Assembly (NCBI GenBank): GCA_965240325.2
Contig: OZ251227.1
Coordinates: 1,364,001-1,428,000 of the forward strand
DNA length: 64,000 nt
Direction: 5' to 3'
DNA from: Rebecca billardiae RCC1528
Taxonomy: Eukaryota; Protista; Haptophyta
Shown here: positions 1-11,691 of the stretch, piece by piece
How the letters are laid out: each line of letters starts with the position of its first letter
Numbering within the stretch: the first letter of the stretch is position 1
Notes under the pieces: generated by a model
Database searches by the model: none
Seen by the model: only the letters and a program-made list of their open reading frames with translations
Told to the model about the DNA's origin: nothing
Position numbers and translations under genes: made by a program

Positions 1-998
1 GCTGATCACGTTCAGCAGCACCTCGGCGCACAGCGGCATCGACGCGGACGCGGCCGACGCCTCCACGAGCAGCTCGAGCAGGTGGTCGCCAAAGGTGGGG
101 GCGGCCGCGAGCGCGACGGCGGTCTCGCTCGAGCGCGAGGCCTCGGCGAGGAAGCGCAGCAGCGCCACGTTCCGCGCCGCCACCTCGTGCGCGGGCGCGC
201 CCATCTCGAGCCCGCAGTCGAGCGCGCCCAGCGCGGCCAGGTGCGCGCTCGACGACTGCAGCATGAAGTGGTTCACGCGCGCGCGGAGGGACATGCGCAG
301 CGTGGAGCGCGCGGCGGGCGCGCCGTGCGGCGGCTCGGGCGGGAGGGGTGGCATCGACCCGCTCGGCGGCACGCTGCCCAGCGCGAACGCATGCAGCATC
401 TCCGCCGCCTGCGCGCGGCCGGAGCGGACGCGGGCACAGGCGCGCGAGGGCGCGCGCGCAGGTGCGCGAGCGCGTGAGCGGTGATCGCGGGGCGGGGCAG
501 GCGGACGTCTCTTCGCGCGCGGCGCTGCGCGTTCGGTGCGGACGCGCGCCCCGGGGCACGCACCGCGATCGCCACCTCCGTCTCTCGCAGCGGCAGCAGC
601 TCGGCGACCGCGTCGAGCAGCGCGCCGACCTCGTGTGCGAGCATGCGGTCCTCGTGCACGCTCGAGCGGTGGAAGGGGAGGGCGCACAGCGCGCACACGT
701 GCAGGAGGGCGTCCGCGTACGCCTCGTGCCCCTCCGCCAGCGCACGCGCGCAGAAGCGCACCAGCCGCGCCAGCTGGCTGACCTGCGCGAGCGCAAAGCC
801 CTGCGTCGCGTGCACGCGCACGAGCTTGTGCAGCGCGGCGATGTGCGCCGAGTGCGCGCCGCTGGAGTGGCGGCTCTCCATCATGTGGACGGTGCGTTCG
901 AGGAGGCTCACCATACGCCGCCGTCCTGGCAAGCCCGACGACCCCGGCGAGGCCGGCGTCGAGCTGCGCGTCACCGGCACGGGCGCGCGCGACGACAT
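1..998 (-). CDS. CFAP69: Cilia- and flagella-associated protein 69-like (3' end runs off the window); intron 409-563
   Basis: Exon 1 (LERTVHMME...GFALAQVSQL...LCALPFHRSSVHED...LLDAVAELL...EVAIA) follows the CFAP69 N-terminal pattern. A GTGCGT...CGCAG intron at 563-409 joins in frame to an open exon (AAEMLHAF...AEVLLNVIS) that reaches base 1. Confidence 0.75.
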
Positions 999-1216
999 GG
1001 TTCTTGTCGCGCGTCGTAACCGCGAGTTCTCAGCCGATGTGTGGGTGGCTGGACCTTGTAACGACCTGGTTGCTGCTGAGGAAGTTTCGACTGTCGTCTC
1101 AAAGGAATCAAGGGCTCAAGCTTGATCCAGCAGCAAGCACTAATTCATCAATCGCCGCCGCCGCCATCGTTTTTTTTGTCCAAGAGTCGAGAGACGCTCT
1201 GAGTGCGCACACCGCG

Positions 1217-1840
1217 ATGCTTCGCTCGGCGCTCAAGGCTCTCGGCTTCCACGCGCGCGAGCGCGTGGGGTCCGACCACTGGGGCAACGTGTACTACGTG
1301 GTGCGCAAGCGCCCGCTCGAGAGCGCGGGCTCGACCAACTGGAGCGACCTGCGCAAGTGTGAGGAGCGGCACGTTGACTGGTTTGACGGCGGCTCGCGGT
1401 GTGGCGAATACTCGCCCGAGAAGCTGCCGCCCGAGTGGTCGTCGTGGCTCAGCTACAAGCGCATGGAGCCGCCCATCGAGCTTCCCCCGCCTGCAGACGA
1501 GGCCGAGCGCCTCGAGCCCTACGAGCACGCGCGCCTCATGCGGGCCGAGCAGATCGCCGCCGCGCCGGACAGGGGCGACGAGGGGCGCGCTGTGCCGCGC
1601 ACGACCGTGGTCGGCGGCGTCCTGCCAGACGCGGAGAGCGCTGTCGAGGCGCTCCGCAGTGGCGAGTACAAGCCCGCAGGATGGGCGCCGGACGGTGCGC
1701 GGGCGGGGGGCGTGGGTCGACGGCGCCGGAGAGCAGGTAGCACGCCGCCGCCTGGCCGTGGCGCGGCAGCCGACAAGCCAGCGCCTGCTGACCCTACCCC
1801 TGCCGCTGGGCCTGGCGGCTCGACGACGGAAAGCAGATGA
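1217..1840 (+). CDS. NDUFA12/NDUFAF2 (mimitin) family complex I subunit or assembly factor
   Basis: VGSDHWGNVYY...RHVDW...YSPEKLPPEWSSWLSYKRMEPP matches the family motifs G-x-D-x-x-G-N-x-Y-Y and P-x-E-W-x-x-W-L. ATG 1217 gives a mitochondrial-like start (MLRSALKALGF). Confidence 0.85.
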   Translation: MLRSALKALGFHARERVGSDHWGNVYYVVRKRPLESAGSTNWSDLRKCEERHVDWFDGGSRCGEYSPEKLPPEWSSWLSYKRMEPPIELPPPADEAERLEPYEHARLMRAEQIAAAPDRGDEGRAVPRTTVVGGVLPDAESAVEALRSGEYKPAGWAPDGARAGGVGRRRRRAGSTPPPGRGAAADKPAPADPTPAAGPGGSTTESR

Positions 1841-1978
1841 ACCACAGCAGGCGGAGCCGTTTCTCCTCGAATCACCGTCAAGGTTCCCGGCGTGTTCCTC
1901 GCAACGCCCGCCGATCTGCGACAGTCCCCAGCGGCGGCCTGACAGCTGCTAATTTAATGATACACACACACAAGTCAC

Positions 1979-1981
<3 letters not shown>

Positions 1982-2060
<79 letters not shown>
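1982..2060. repeat. (CA)n microsatellite
   Basis: Uninterrupted AC run of about 40 units; a short run precedes it at 1962-1972. Confidence 0.98.
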
Positions 2061-2065
<5 letters not shown>

Positions 2066-2520
2066 TATAACTATAGAGAGAGCCAATGCTAGGACACTAG
2101 CTACTAGCTCGCTACTCATACTGCGTCACACGGCAAAGTACTCGGCGTGGGCGACATCCGCATCGCGGTCCGATTCATCAGACCGATCACTGGGCGCCGG
2201 AGTCACGGGAGTGTCACTGTCAAGAGTCCCGGCGCGAGTGCCTTATTGAAATAACAGCAGTATTACCGCGCGGGACTATCACACCGAGACCGAGTAGTGA
2301 AGTATCGTGCCGTCCACGCCTCGCCGGGCCTCCCGCCGCCGCCGGCCCCGCGGCGTCAGGCTGCCACCGGCGTCAGCGGCGGCCGTGTAAATGAGTGGCC
2401 GGACCGGCCGGGACGGTTCCCGGACCCGAACGGCAATGGCATTGTCAGCAGGGCGTTGCGGCGTGGCGCTTGCACGTCGGCGCACGGGCCAAGGGCTCGA
2501 TCGAAGCAAGGCGATCCGTC

Positions 2521-2946
2521 TCACCAGCCGCTCGCCGCCTGTTTGAGCACGTACTCAGCCACGTCGGCAATCTGCTCATCATTCAGCCTGAGGAAGTCGG
2601 GCACGCCCTCGCCGTATGCCGGCATCTGCCCCTTGCCCTTGGAGATGAGCGAGACGAGCGCACCTTGCTCGGCGTAGCCGTACTTCTGCAGAGCCTCCTT
2701 CGCGAGTGTCTTGTCCGAGAAGGGGATGACGATGCCACCACCCTCATGGCAAGCAGCACACTTCGCTTCGAAGATCTGCTTGCCGGCGGTCACGTCAGCT
2801 TGTGCGGCCAGCGGGTGCCAAAGTGCGGCAAGCGCAGCCACGCCCGCGGCAGATGCGCCGGCGCACACGCGAGCTGGGGAGCAGGGCGCGCGAATGCGCA
2901 CATGCTGCCCCGAGGCGAGCCCGAGTACGATGGCCACCGCCAGCAT
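2521..2946 (-). CDS. Cytochrome c6-like protein with plastid/thylakoid-lumen presequence
   Basis: Signal-like MLAVAIVLGLAS, then a lumenal A-Q-A cleavage site. Mature part DVTAGKQIFEAKCAACH (CxxCH haem motif), GKGQMPAY (axial Met) and terminal VAEYVLKQAASGW. Confidence 0.92.
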   Translation of the reverse strand: MLAVAIVLGLASGQHVRIRAPCSPARVCAGASAAGVAALAALWHPLAAQADVTAGKQIFEAKCAACHEGGGIVIPFSDKTLAKEALQKYGYAEQGALVSLISKGKGQMPAYGEGVPDFLRLNDEQIADVAEYVLKQAASGW

Positions 2947-3102
2947 TGCCTGCCGGCAGGCAGTTCGGCACGGCGTGGGCGGCCGCAGCGGCGCAGAGGC
3001 AGCGCGTGCGCACTGGAAGCTCGAACCGGCGCGGTCCAGTCCGGCTGGCAGTGGCAAGGTGGAGAAGTTCTTGACAGAAGTGCTCATTCGTGAGGTCAAA
3101 CA

Positions 3103-5022
3103 ATGGCGGAGCGCGCCGGCCAGCCGTTAAACACGGCCTCTCTGCAGAGGGAGCTGCACATCCGCGACCGTGTGCAGCGGCGAGCGATTGCGAGCAAGCG
3201 ACCGGCCGCAACCAATGTGGCTGACGACACCGCGCCGACCTCGCGCGCCGCACACCTGACCAAGCCGAGCATCGCGGCGGAGGCGACCGAGGTCGTGGCG
3301 GCGGCGGGCGGCGGGCATGAGTCTGTCTACAAGGAGCAGCTCTCGCAGCGCGAGCGCCAGCGCATGGCCCACGCAGAGGCGGCGCGAGAGCGCGAGCTTG
3401 CGCGCAAGGCGGAGGCGGAGGCGGCGCGCGTGGCGCGTGCGGTGCGTGAGGCGGTTCGCTCGGAGCGCGAGCGGCAGAGCGCGGCCGAGGCGGAGGCGGC
3501 GCGTGAGTACTGGCCCGTTCGCGTGCGCGAGCAGAAGCGCAGGGGCGGGGCGGCTCGCGCGGGCGCGCACCCGCCCTCTCTCCTCGTCGAGACCGAGCGT
3601 GTGCACGGCCCGTCCAAGGGGCTGCCCATCTGGAACGCGGGCACGCTCAGCTACGAGCCGTACGGCCTGGCGAGCGCGGCGCTCGAGGAACGGCCCAACT
3701 TCAACGTGCAGGAGAGGCGCGCGCGCGGGGAGCAGCCGTTCCGCGTGAACTACCCGATGCCGCCGCGTGGCCGTCCGGCGCCTGCGCCCGCCGCCCGCCG
3801 CGCCGGGCTGACCGCCGAGACACTGCGCGAGGCAACGGAGCAGGAGCCGCAGCAGCCGGAGCAGCGCGCGGCACCTGGCGAGCAGCCGGCGGCGGCGGTC
3901 GCCGCGTCGGCCGTGACGCGCCCGGCCGTCGGCGCACCCGGCGGAGCGGGCGGGCCGCCTTCGCCGCAGAGCGTCGGCCCACCCAGCATCCTCGACCCCG
4001 CTGACGCGCCGCCCGCCTACCTCGCAGGCCGCATGGCGTACTCCACGAATCGGCGGGCGCAGAGCGCGCGAGCCGCGCGGCCCGCGGCGCCCGCCGTGGC
4101 CCTCCGCGCGCGGCCGCCCGTGGCGGGCGCGATCGCGCCGCGCGCGAGCCCGCCCGACACCGCCTTCCGCCGGGCGAAGGACGGCGGTGACGTGCCGCTG
4201 CAGCTGGTGCAGGCGGCGCGCGGGACGCCCGTCGTGTGGACGCGCACGCCGGCGGAGATCGACCGGCGGCACGCCCTCGCCCTCGCCTGGGACGAGTACG
4301 CCGCGGACGAGGCGGGCGCGTTCGGCCGCAAGGACGGCGGGCGGCCGCCCCCGCCGGGCGCGCGCGCGCCGCCTCCGCGGTACACGTGCGCGCAGCTCCT
4401 GGTGCTGTGCTGCGGCGGCGTGCGCGAGCTCGAGCCGACGTACCAGCTCCTCGCCGCGCACGGCGCCTCCGAGCTGATCGCGCACCTCTCGGGCCCGCCC
4501 TCGCCGCTGGGCATTCTGCCGGTCGTGCCTCACCTCGTGCCGCCCCTCAAGGAGGCGCTGTCGACGCGCCAGCCCGCCGTCGTGGCGATCGTGCTCCGGC
4601 TGCTGCAGCAGCTCGTGTGCTGCCACGCGCGCGCGGGGCGCGCGCTGCTCCCCGGCCTGCCCTCCCTGCTCCCGCTCATCGCGCTCTTCGTGGGCTCAGA
4701 CCTGCGCGCGGGCGAGGGCGGCGCGCTGCCCGCGCGCCGCGGCGCCGCCAGGGAGGGCGAGATGGAGTGGGCGCAGGGGCGGCGCGTCAACCTCGGCGTG
4801 CTCGCCAACGAGCTGCTCGAGATGGTCGCGTCGCGGTGCGAGCCCGACGGCGCGCGACTCGTGCGCTCGTACGTCCCGACGTGGGGCACAGCGGCGGACG
4901 GCGGGCGCGCGCACGTGCGGAACAAGCGCGGCGGGGTCGCGGGCTTTGCGCAGCGCGGCTTCGACGCGCCCGGTCGTGGCGCGCGCACCGCTCGCACCGC
5001 GCGGCCTCTTGAGCAGGGCTGA
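3103..5022 (+). CDS. PACRG (parkin co-regulated) family protein with long N-terminal extension
   Basis: C-terminal half PPDTAFRR...GDVP...GVRELEPTYQLLA...ILPVVPHLVPPLKEALSTR...LRLLQQLV...GRALLP...VNLGVLANELLE...VPTW parallels the PACRG domain. Confidence 0.8.
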   Translation: MAERAGQPLNTASLQRELHIRDRVQRRAIASKRPAATNVADDTAPTSRAAHLTKPSIAAEATEVVAAAGGGHESVYKEQLSQRERQRMAHAEAARERELARKAEAEAARVARAVREAVRSERERQSAAEAEAAREYWPVRVREQKRRGGAARAGAHPPSLLVETERVHGPSKGLPIWNAGTLSYEPYGLASAALEERPNFNVQERRARGEQPFRVNYPMPPRGRPAPAPAARRAGLTAETLREATEQEPQQPEQRAAPGEQPAAAVAASAVTRPAVGAPGGAGGPPSPQSVGPPSILDPADAPPAYLAGRMAYSTNRRAQSARAARPAAPAVALRARPPVAGAIAPRASPPDTAFRRAKDGGDVPLQLVQAARGTPVVWTRTPAEIDRRHALALAWDEYAADEAGAFGRKDGGRPPPPGARAPPPRYTCAQLLVLCCGGVRELEPTYQLLAAHGASELIAHLSGPPSPLGILPVVPHLVPPLKEALSTRQPAVVAIVLRLLQQLVCCHARAGRALLPGLPSLLPLIALFVGSDLRAGEGGALPARRGAAREGEMEWAQGRRVNLGVLANELLEMVASRCEPDGARLVRSYVPTWGTAADGGRAHVRNKRGGVAGFAQRGFDAPGRGARTARTARPLEQG

Positions 5023-5212
5023 GGGCGCGGTCGTTTCGTGCTTCTCTGGGGCCTTCTGGCCAGCGGCATCGCACCAACCTGCTGTGCTCGAACGCTGCAG
5101 CCTCACTCCTCAGCCTGCTTATCGTACGAGAGACTCGTGCCGCACTCAGTACGTATAAAAGTACGACAAGCAATCCGAATAAATAATACCGATATACGCG
5201 AGACTGAAAGCA

Positions 5213-6160
5213 ATGGCAGCGTGCGCGCTCACAAGCATGCGGCTTGCCGCGTTTTTGTGCGCGGCGGCACTCGCCGGCGCCCTTCGTCCTTGCGAGGAGG
5301 AGCGGCTGCGCCGCACAGCGATGGAGCCCTACGGAACGCAGACTGATACCCGCCTCACCGAGCTCGGCGTCGGCGGCATCTACGTGACGACGTACTCACC
5401 GCTCAAGGACCGCAGGCAGCGGATGCAGGCGCGCTTCGATCAGCTCGGATGGCGTGTGCTCTTCGTGACGGGCTGGGACCGCGAGTTGCTCACCGACGAG
5501 GACGTGGCGTGTATGTACCCGTCGAACGCGCTCTTCCAGCAGGTCGCCCGCGCTATGAACTTCAAGCTCACGTGGATGCGCGTGGGTGAGCTCTCGCTGT
5601 GCATGAAGCACGCTGCTGCCTACTACGATGGGTACAGCCAGGGCTACCGCCACATCATGGTGTTCGAGGACGATGCCTTCTTCCCGCCCGAGTTCAAGGC
5701 GAATGTGCACGCCCTCCTCTCCCCGGCGGGTGGCAACCTGGCCCTGCCCAGAGATTACCAGCTCGTGTACATGTGCAACTACGTCAAGCCGATTGAGCGC
5801 GACCTGGCGCGGCCCCAGCGGGTCGAGCGCGTGTTGCTCCGGCGCGGGGTGATGCACGGCGCGTGCGGCTATATGCTCTCTCAGTCCGGCGTGAAGTGGC
5901 TCATGGATCACATGCCCTACAAGGGTCCGGCCGACCTCCAGCTCGCGCACGCAGACTTCCCGAGCGCGCCGCCCAAGCAGTACACGCGAGAGCCGTGGAT
6001 TTCATGGCCGGACAAGATCGGGAGGCAGCAGACGCAGAAGCAGTCCCCGCGCTTCTGTCGCACGCCCGACCTCCAGCCATGTTGGGGCAAGACGTGCCCT
6101 AGGCTCACCGTCAACCTCTCGGCGCACATCATCGGTACGCAAAGGCATAAAGCGAAATGA
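5213..6160 (+). CDS. Glycosyltransferase family 25-like, secretory pathway
   Basis: N-terminal signal/anchor, DRRQRM, GELSLCMKH, MVFEDDA (DxD-type) and GYMLSQSGVKWL...PAD, all typical of GT25. Confidence 0.8.
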   Translation: MAACALTSMRLAAFLCAAALAGALRPCEEERLRRTAMEPYGTQTDTRLTELGVGGIYVTTYSPLKDRRQRMQARFDQLGWRVLFVTGWDRELLTDEDVACMYPSNALFQQVARAMNFKLTWMRVGELSLCMKHAAAYYDGYSQGYRHIMVFEDDAFFPPEFKANVHALLSPAGGNLALPRDYQLVYMCNYVKPIERDLARPQRVERVLLRRGVMHGACGYMLSQSGVKWLMDHMPYKGPADLQLAHADFPSAPPKQYTREPWISWPDKIGRQQTQKQSPRFCRTPDLQPCWGKTCPRLTVNLSAHIIGTQRHKAK

Positions 6161-6248
6161 GTCACTGTGCACCACCGGCCCCGGGATGACTGACATGAAA
6201 TCAGAATGCTGATGCTGAGCCTGATACGGTCACAGACATCGTCAATGT

Positions 6249-6251
<3 letters not shown>

Positions 6252-6288
<37 letters not shown>
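6252..6288. repeat. (TA)n microsatellite
   Basis: Pure AT dinucleotide run between convergent gene ends. Confidence 0.97.
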
Positions 6289-6289
<1 letters not shown>

Positions 6290-6983
6290 TATCATCGGAT
6301 ATAGCAGTAGTAGAAAGTAGACGACGAAAATAATAATATATGATTATAATAAAGTCGTACACGTGATCAGACTCAGAGTGACGACGACGATACGCGTTAT
6401 ACGCGCGACTCTGCTGAGTCATGAGCGGTATTCCGCCGCCCGGCCCCGTGCCGAGGCGGTACAGACTACATCAGTTTATTTGTTTTTAAAATAACGCGCG
6501 TAAGCGCGGCTCACGGTGGCAGCAGTTGCCGCGCCATCCTTCATCGCACGCTCTCCGAAGCTAGAGAGGCCCTGGAAACTGGTTTGAATAACCCATGCAT
6601 GACCTCAGACGCAAGAGCACGCCAGTACAGTCATCAGCATGCTGCATAGTGCATGGCGAGCTCAGACCTCAGTACCGGACCCGGAGCCCGGACTGCCGGA
6701 GCAGACTGTGCTGAGATGGTGTCAAGCCACTGACCGTCTGAGCGTCCACCCGGGCCGTACGGGCGTAATGGCCATGGGCCGTACTGGCAATGATAATTAT
6801 AAATGGGCATCAGCAGAGCTCTACGACAGCCGAGCAGACTGTGAGCACGCCAGTCTTGCCCAACAGTCTCAGTCAGCAGTCCGAATCTACACCTCGAGTC
6901 AAGCGCACGGCCACGCCCAGTGCCACCCGGTGATTTATTACACGAACGCGGGTGACCGAGCCTGACGCGCAACTACGCCGTGC

Positions 6984-7895
6984 TTAGGCACCAAACAGCA
7001 CACCGAACGGGCCCTTGCCCGTCACGCACTCGCCAGCGAACATGCCAGCGACGCCGAGCATGGCCAGGCGGCCGTTGTTGATCTCCTTAAGCTTCATCGT
7101 CCTGCGCACATAGCGAGACGGAGCGGGTGCGGTGGCATGTCAGCACCAGTGCATCCCAACACCTCCACGTGGACGAGTGCATCGCATCGCATCGCCAGGG
7201 TGGCGCGGAGCGCGGCAGGGGCAGAGCGACGTACTCAAAGTCCGCATCCGACTTGCAGAACTTCGACTTGAAGCCGAGGGGATCGAAGCTGGTTGAGGGC
7301 GGAGGAACGTGCGTTGGAGGCGCGCATGGCACCGGTCAGCATGCAGCAAAGTAAACTCGTGACGCGCGCGCGCGCGCGGCAGGGTGTGGCCGCGTGCGCC
7401 GAGCGGGCGCAGGGCTCGGTGGAGTACTCACCCGTAGTCGCCGGCCTTGTGGCCCGGCTGGTACAGCTGCTGCGAGCGCAGGCCCTCGCTGAAGGCGATC
7501 GCCAGGAGGATCTGCACATAGGCGGCCGCCGGCACCTGGAACTGCGCCGCAAACGGCGGCCCCGTGATCGAGCCGTACACGTCGCCGGGGAGGCGCGCGA
7601 GATCCTCCACCATGTACCCCGCAGCCGCGAGCATTGCCACCCGGCCGTTGATGATCTCACCCTCCTGCATGTAGCTGAGGTCACCGCCGATCTCGACGTA
7701 CGAGGTCGAGATGCCGAGCGGGTCGAAGCCCTGATCGCCCGGCATCGAGCCGTCGAGGTACGCCGGCTTCTTCATGAAGGGGATGCTCTTCGACATCTCC
7801 ACCATCACCGGCGAACTCCGCGCCGACGCCGTCGCCCGCTGGGGCGCCGGCGCCGAGAAGCCGAGAGCAGCCGCGAGCGCGAAGTGGACGAGCAT
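6984..7895 (-). CDS. Light-harvesting chlorophyll a/c-binding protein (Lhcr-like); exons 7895-7432, 7288-7235, 7101-6984
   Basis: Bipartite presequence ([16 protein letters not shown]), SKSIPF...[20 protein letters not shown] and [12 protein letters not shown] chlorophyll-binding helices. Introns 7289-7431 (GTGAGT..CAG) and 7102-7234 (GTACGT..CAG) restore the frame. Confidence 0.95.
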
Positions 7896-8202
7896 CGTTG
7901 GACCTCCGGATGCTGCAAGCCTGCGCTGGCGGCAAATAAGCGGGTCTAATTTTCGCGCGCCCCGGGTCCGGACCGAGCGGATTCGCCATTCGAGATCGTG
8001 ATCCCAATAGGTAGTGGACCAATGAGACCAACCGGACGGCACGCGCTAGTTCGAGGGAATCTTCCGCTGGGGCGGATTATTTTCCCGCACGCGATGAAAG
8101 TGAAAGCGCGCAATAAACTTTTGTCGGCGCACGACATATCCTGCTAGCCCGTCGGATGGCGGCGGCGCGGCGCGCACCCAGCTGACTGCGCGCCGGCGAG
8201 CG

Positions 8203-9070
8203 ATGCGCGCGCTGCACGCGTCGGTGGAGGTGGCGGTACATGTGTGCTCCTTCTCCGACGTCGACCTACTCGCGCAGGGCCACTACCACCTGCGGATCTC
8301 CGTCCGGGCCGAGGAGGGCGAGAGCGCGCTGCCATTCGCGCTGCTCGGCGGCGCGCGTGTGCGCGCCAGCCTGCCCGCGCACATCGACGACGGCACGGCG
8401 ACGTTTGCGACGTCAAGCGTGTGCATGCGCTACTCGGGTGACACGTTCAGGCTCGACGAGATCGCGCTGTTCCGTCTCGAGCTGCCCATGCGCGAGCTCG
8501 TCGCGAGCCCGTCGGGCGAGGGCCCCGCCCTGCTCGTGCGCGTCGAGCTGATGCTGGCGCGCGGCGCGGCATTCGACGCGCCAAGCGCGGACGGGCGCGC
8601 GCCGACGGACGACGAGCGGCGTGCGCGCTTCGAGCCCGTCGCGGCGCGCACGCTGCGCCTCACGCGCCCGCTGCACAGCGGCAGCGAGTACTACCCGTTC
8701 CACGGAGACGACTTCCACTTTGCGCATGCGCCGATCAGTGTGCACGCCACGCTCATCAACGTGCGCCCGCGGAAGCCGCCCGAGCCGGCGGAGGGCGGCG
8801 GTGCGGGCGGCGGGCTGGGCGCGTCGCGCGCGGGCACGCGCCGCCCGGCCTCCGCCCCGCGCGCACCCGCCGCGCCGCCGCTCGCCCTGGACCGCGCGAT
8901 CGACGCGTGGCTGGGCGCGGCCGACGGCGCTTCGAGTGCGGAGCAGCAGCTGGAGGGCGCGGGCCTGGCCGAGTACGTGCACGCCGTGGCGAGGCTGGCG
9001 CGCGCGCGCGAGCGGCTGCGCAACAAGGTGCTGAGGCTGCGCGACATTCTCGAGCTCGCGCACGAGGGCG

Positions 9071-9103
<33 letters not shown>

Positions 9104-11297
9104 GCGGCGTCGGCGGCGGCGGCGGCGTCGGCGTCGCGAGCGCGGGGGGGTCGGAGCAGGACAGCCGGCCGTGGTGGTCTCGAGTGCTCTCACCCGCGTC
9201 GCCCGCCAGCCGCCGCGCCTCCGCGCCGGACGAGCCGTGGGCGGAGCCCATCGAGCTGCCCGCCGGGCTGCGCGCGCTGCCGCACGCCGAGTGGCTCGCC
9301 GAGCGCGACGCGGCGCTCGCAGCCGGCCGGCCGGCCGCGCCCGCAGCGACGGTGGACGTGGGCGACACGGTCGGCCGCGCGCACGTGCACGGCCAGCGCA
9401 CGGCGTCGACGCTCGCGCGCGACGCGGACGCCGCCGTGGGCACGCCGGTGGCGCGCGCGCGGCGCGGGCTCGCGATCGGCGAGGACGCGTGCGGCGGCGA
9501 GTTCAACGACGCGGCAGCCTCGCGCGCCGCGACGCTCGCCATGGCGGAGGTGCCGCCGCGCCGCACGTCGTACGTGCTCGTCGCGGACGGCGCGCTGCGT
9601 GGCGTGAGCGCGCGGCAGGCGCTCGCGCACCTGCACGCGCTCGCGTCGCAGCTCTTCGACGCGTGGTCGGCGCTGCTCGGGCTGCTCGGCGCGCACGGCC
9701 GCGCAATCTCGCACGTGCTGCGGCGCCGCTGGGAGGTGCGGCAGCGCGAGCGCTGGGGCGAGTCCGTCTTCAGCCAGATCGCCGAGCCATCGGCCGCGCG
9801 CGCGCCCGCGGACGGCGGGGCGTCGTGGCGCGCGCCGCGCTGGCTTGTGCCGTCGGCCGCCGCGCCCTCGTCGGCGCGCGCGCCGAACGGCGCGGCGCTC
9901 GCGCCCGCGCCGCCGCCGCGCGAGCTCGCCGACCGGCTGCGCCGCTCGGCGCACTTCTCCGGGCTGCCGCCGCTGCGGCTCGCGGACACGGCGGGCGACG
10001 GCGGCAGCATGGCGTCTCAGCCGATCCTGCTCGAGGCGCGCACGCCGCCGGCCGACTCCTTCGAGCTGGACGGGGAGGAGGAGGAGGGCGCGCCCACGCC
10101 CTCGCCAGAGCCGATGCTCGCGCGCGTGCGCGCCGCCGCCTCGGGTCGGCCGCAGCCGTCGCAGCCCAAGGTGGCGGTGCACCTCGTCGTGATGGTCCAC
10201 GGCTGGCACGGCTCGGGCCACGACCTGCGCACGCTCAAGAACTACATGCGCACGCTGCTGCCAGACCCGGCGCGGCCGAGCGCGGCCGAGCGCGCGGCGC
10301 GCGCGCGCGGCGCGCCGTCGCCGCCGCCGCCGCCGGTGCGCCGCTTCCTGCTGTCGACGGCGAACGAGGCGCGGACCGCCGAGGCGCCCTCGCTCGAGCT
10401 GGGCGCGGGGCTGGCCGCCGAGGTCCGCGCGTGGCTCCGGCGCGAGCGCCTCGAGCCGTCCGAGGTGGGCCGCGTCTCGTTTGTCGCCTTCTCGCTCGGC
10501 GGGCTGATCGTGCGAGCGGCGCTGGCGCACCCGGACTTGGCGCCGCTGCTGCCCAGGTGAGCGCGCGCGCGGAGGGCGGGTGGGGGCGCGGGCGTGAGCG
10601 TGGGCGGGTGGGCGGGCGCGCGCGCCGAGGACGAGCCACCGCGCCCCCCCGCCGCCCCCGCCGCCGCCCCCGCCGCGCCTGCAGGCTGCACACCTTCGTC
10701 TCCCTCGCGTGCCCGCACCTGGGCATCCGCGCGGGCGCGCACCCGCTCGTCGACAGCGGCGCGCGCGTGCTCAACCGGCTCAAGAGCAGCGCGCTGCTGA
10801 CCGAGCTGCTGCTGCACGACACGGCGGATCCGGCGCACTCGAGGGTCGCGCAGATGGCGGCGCAGCCGGTGCTCTCGCACTTCAAGCACGTGCTGCTGCT
10901 CTCCTCGCCGCAGGACGGCTTCATCCCGCACCACTCGAGCAGGATCGCGCACGACAGCGACGCCGCCGCCGATGCAAAGTGCGCGCCGCGCCGCCGCCGC
11001 GCCGGCGCGAGGGCACACTCGCACGCGCGCGATACGGGGAGCGTGCGGCCGACCGACGGCGCGCGCGCCGTCGCGCACAGGCTGCGCCCGGTGCTCGCCA
11101 AGATGATCAACCAGCTGAACGACTCGCTCGCGCGCGTGCACACCGTCCGGCTCGAGATTGTGTGGCCCGACGCGCGCACGGACCAGTCCATGAGCCTCTC
11201 GCACGCCATCGGCCACGCGTCCCACCTGCAGTTCCTCGAGAACACAACCTTCTACCGCCTCTTCCTGCAGACGATGGGGAGGCGCTACTTGGTGTGA
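8203..11297 (+). CDS. FAM135-like protein (DUF3657 plus DUF676 alpha/beta-hydrolase); introns 10557-10684 and probably 10979-11080
   Basis: N-terminus VEVAVHVCSFSDVDLLAQGHYHLR. C-terminus HLVVMVHGWHGSGHDLR, SFVAFSLGGLIVR, LHTFVSLACPHLG, FKHVLLLSSPQDGFIPHHSSRI and IGHASHLQFLE match FAM135. Confidence 0.88.
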
Positions 11298-11691
11298 AGG
11301 CGCGCGTGGTTTTGTCACCGCCGTGCGTGTTTTGGGCGAGTGCCGCCATCGTGGATTGTGACATCATCACTACCTGCCGGCTACCGCCCTGGACTATCCA
11401 TCAGGCTGGGTAAGATCACGTACGATGCATAGATGTTCGATCAAGTGGAAGTAGCGCGCATGTCCATCGAATATTGTTCAGGCTGTCTCCGGACAGTATA
11501 GATACTACTGACTATCTACTGGATTTGCATACATATGTGTTAAGACTCTGATGAAAGTTGCGACGAATCCCGGATGCCACTCTCAACTCGAACCGACACA
11601 GGCCGCGTAGCCCCTGAAAATCTACGACAACACGCGCGCCGGCCCCACTTTTCGAAGCGCACCCAAACACCCCCCTTGAGCCAGCCTGGCC

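Noticed and set aside
10265-10345. Extra intron in the FAM135-like gene
   Set aside because: Intron-like composition, but no suitable AG acceptor; treated as a low-complexity insertion.
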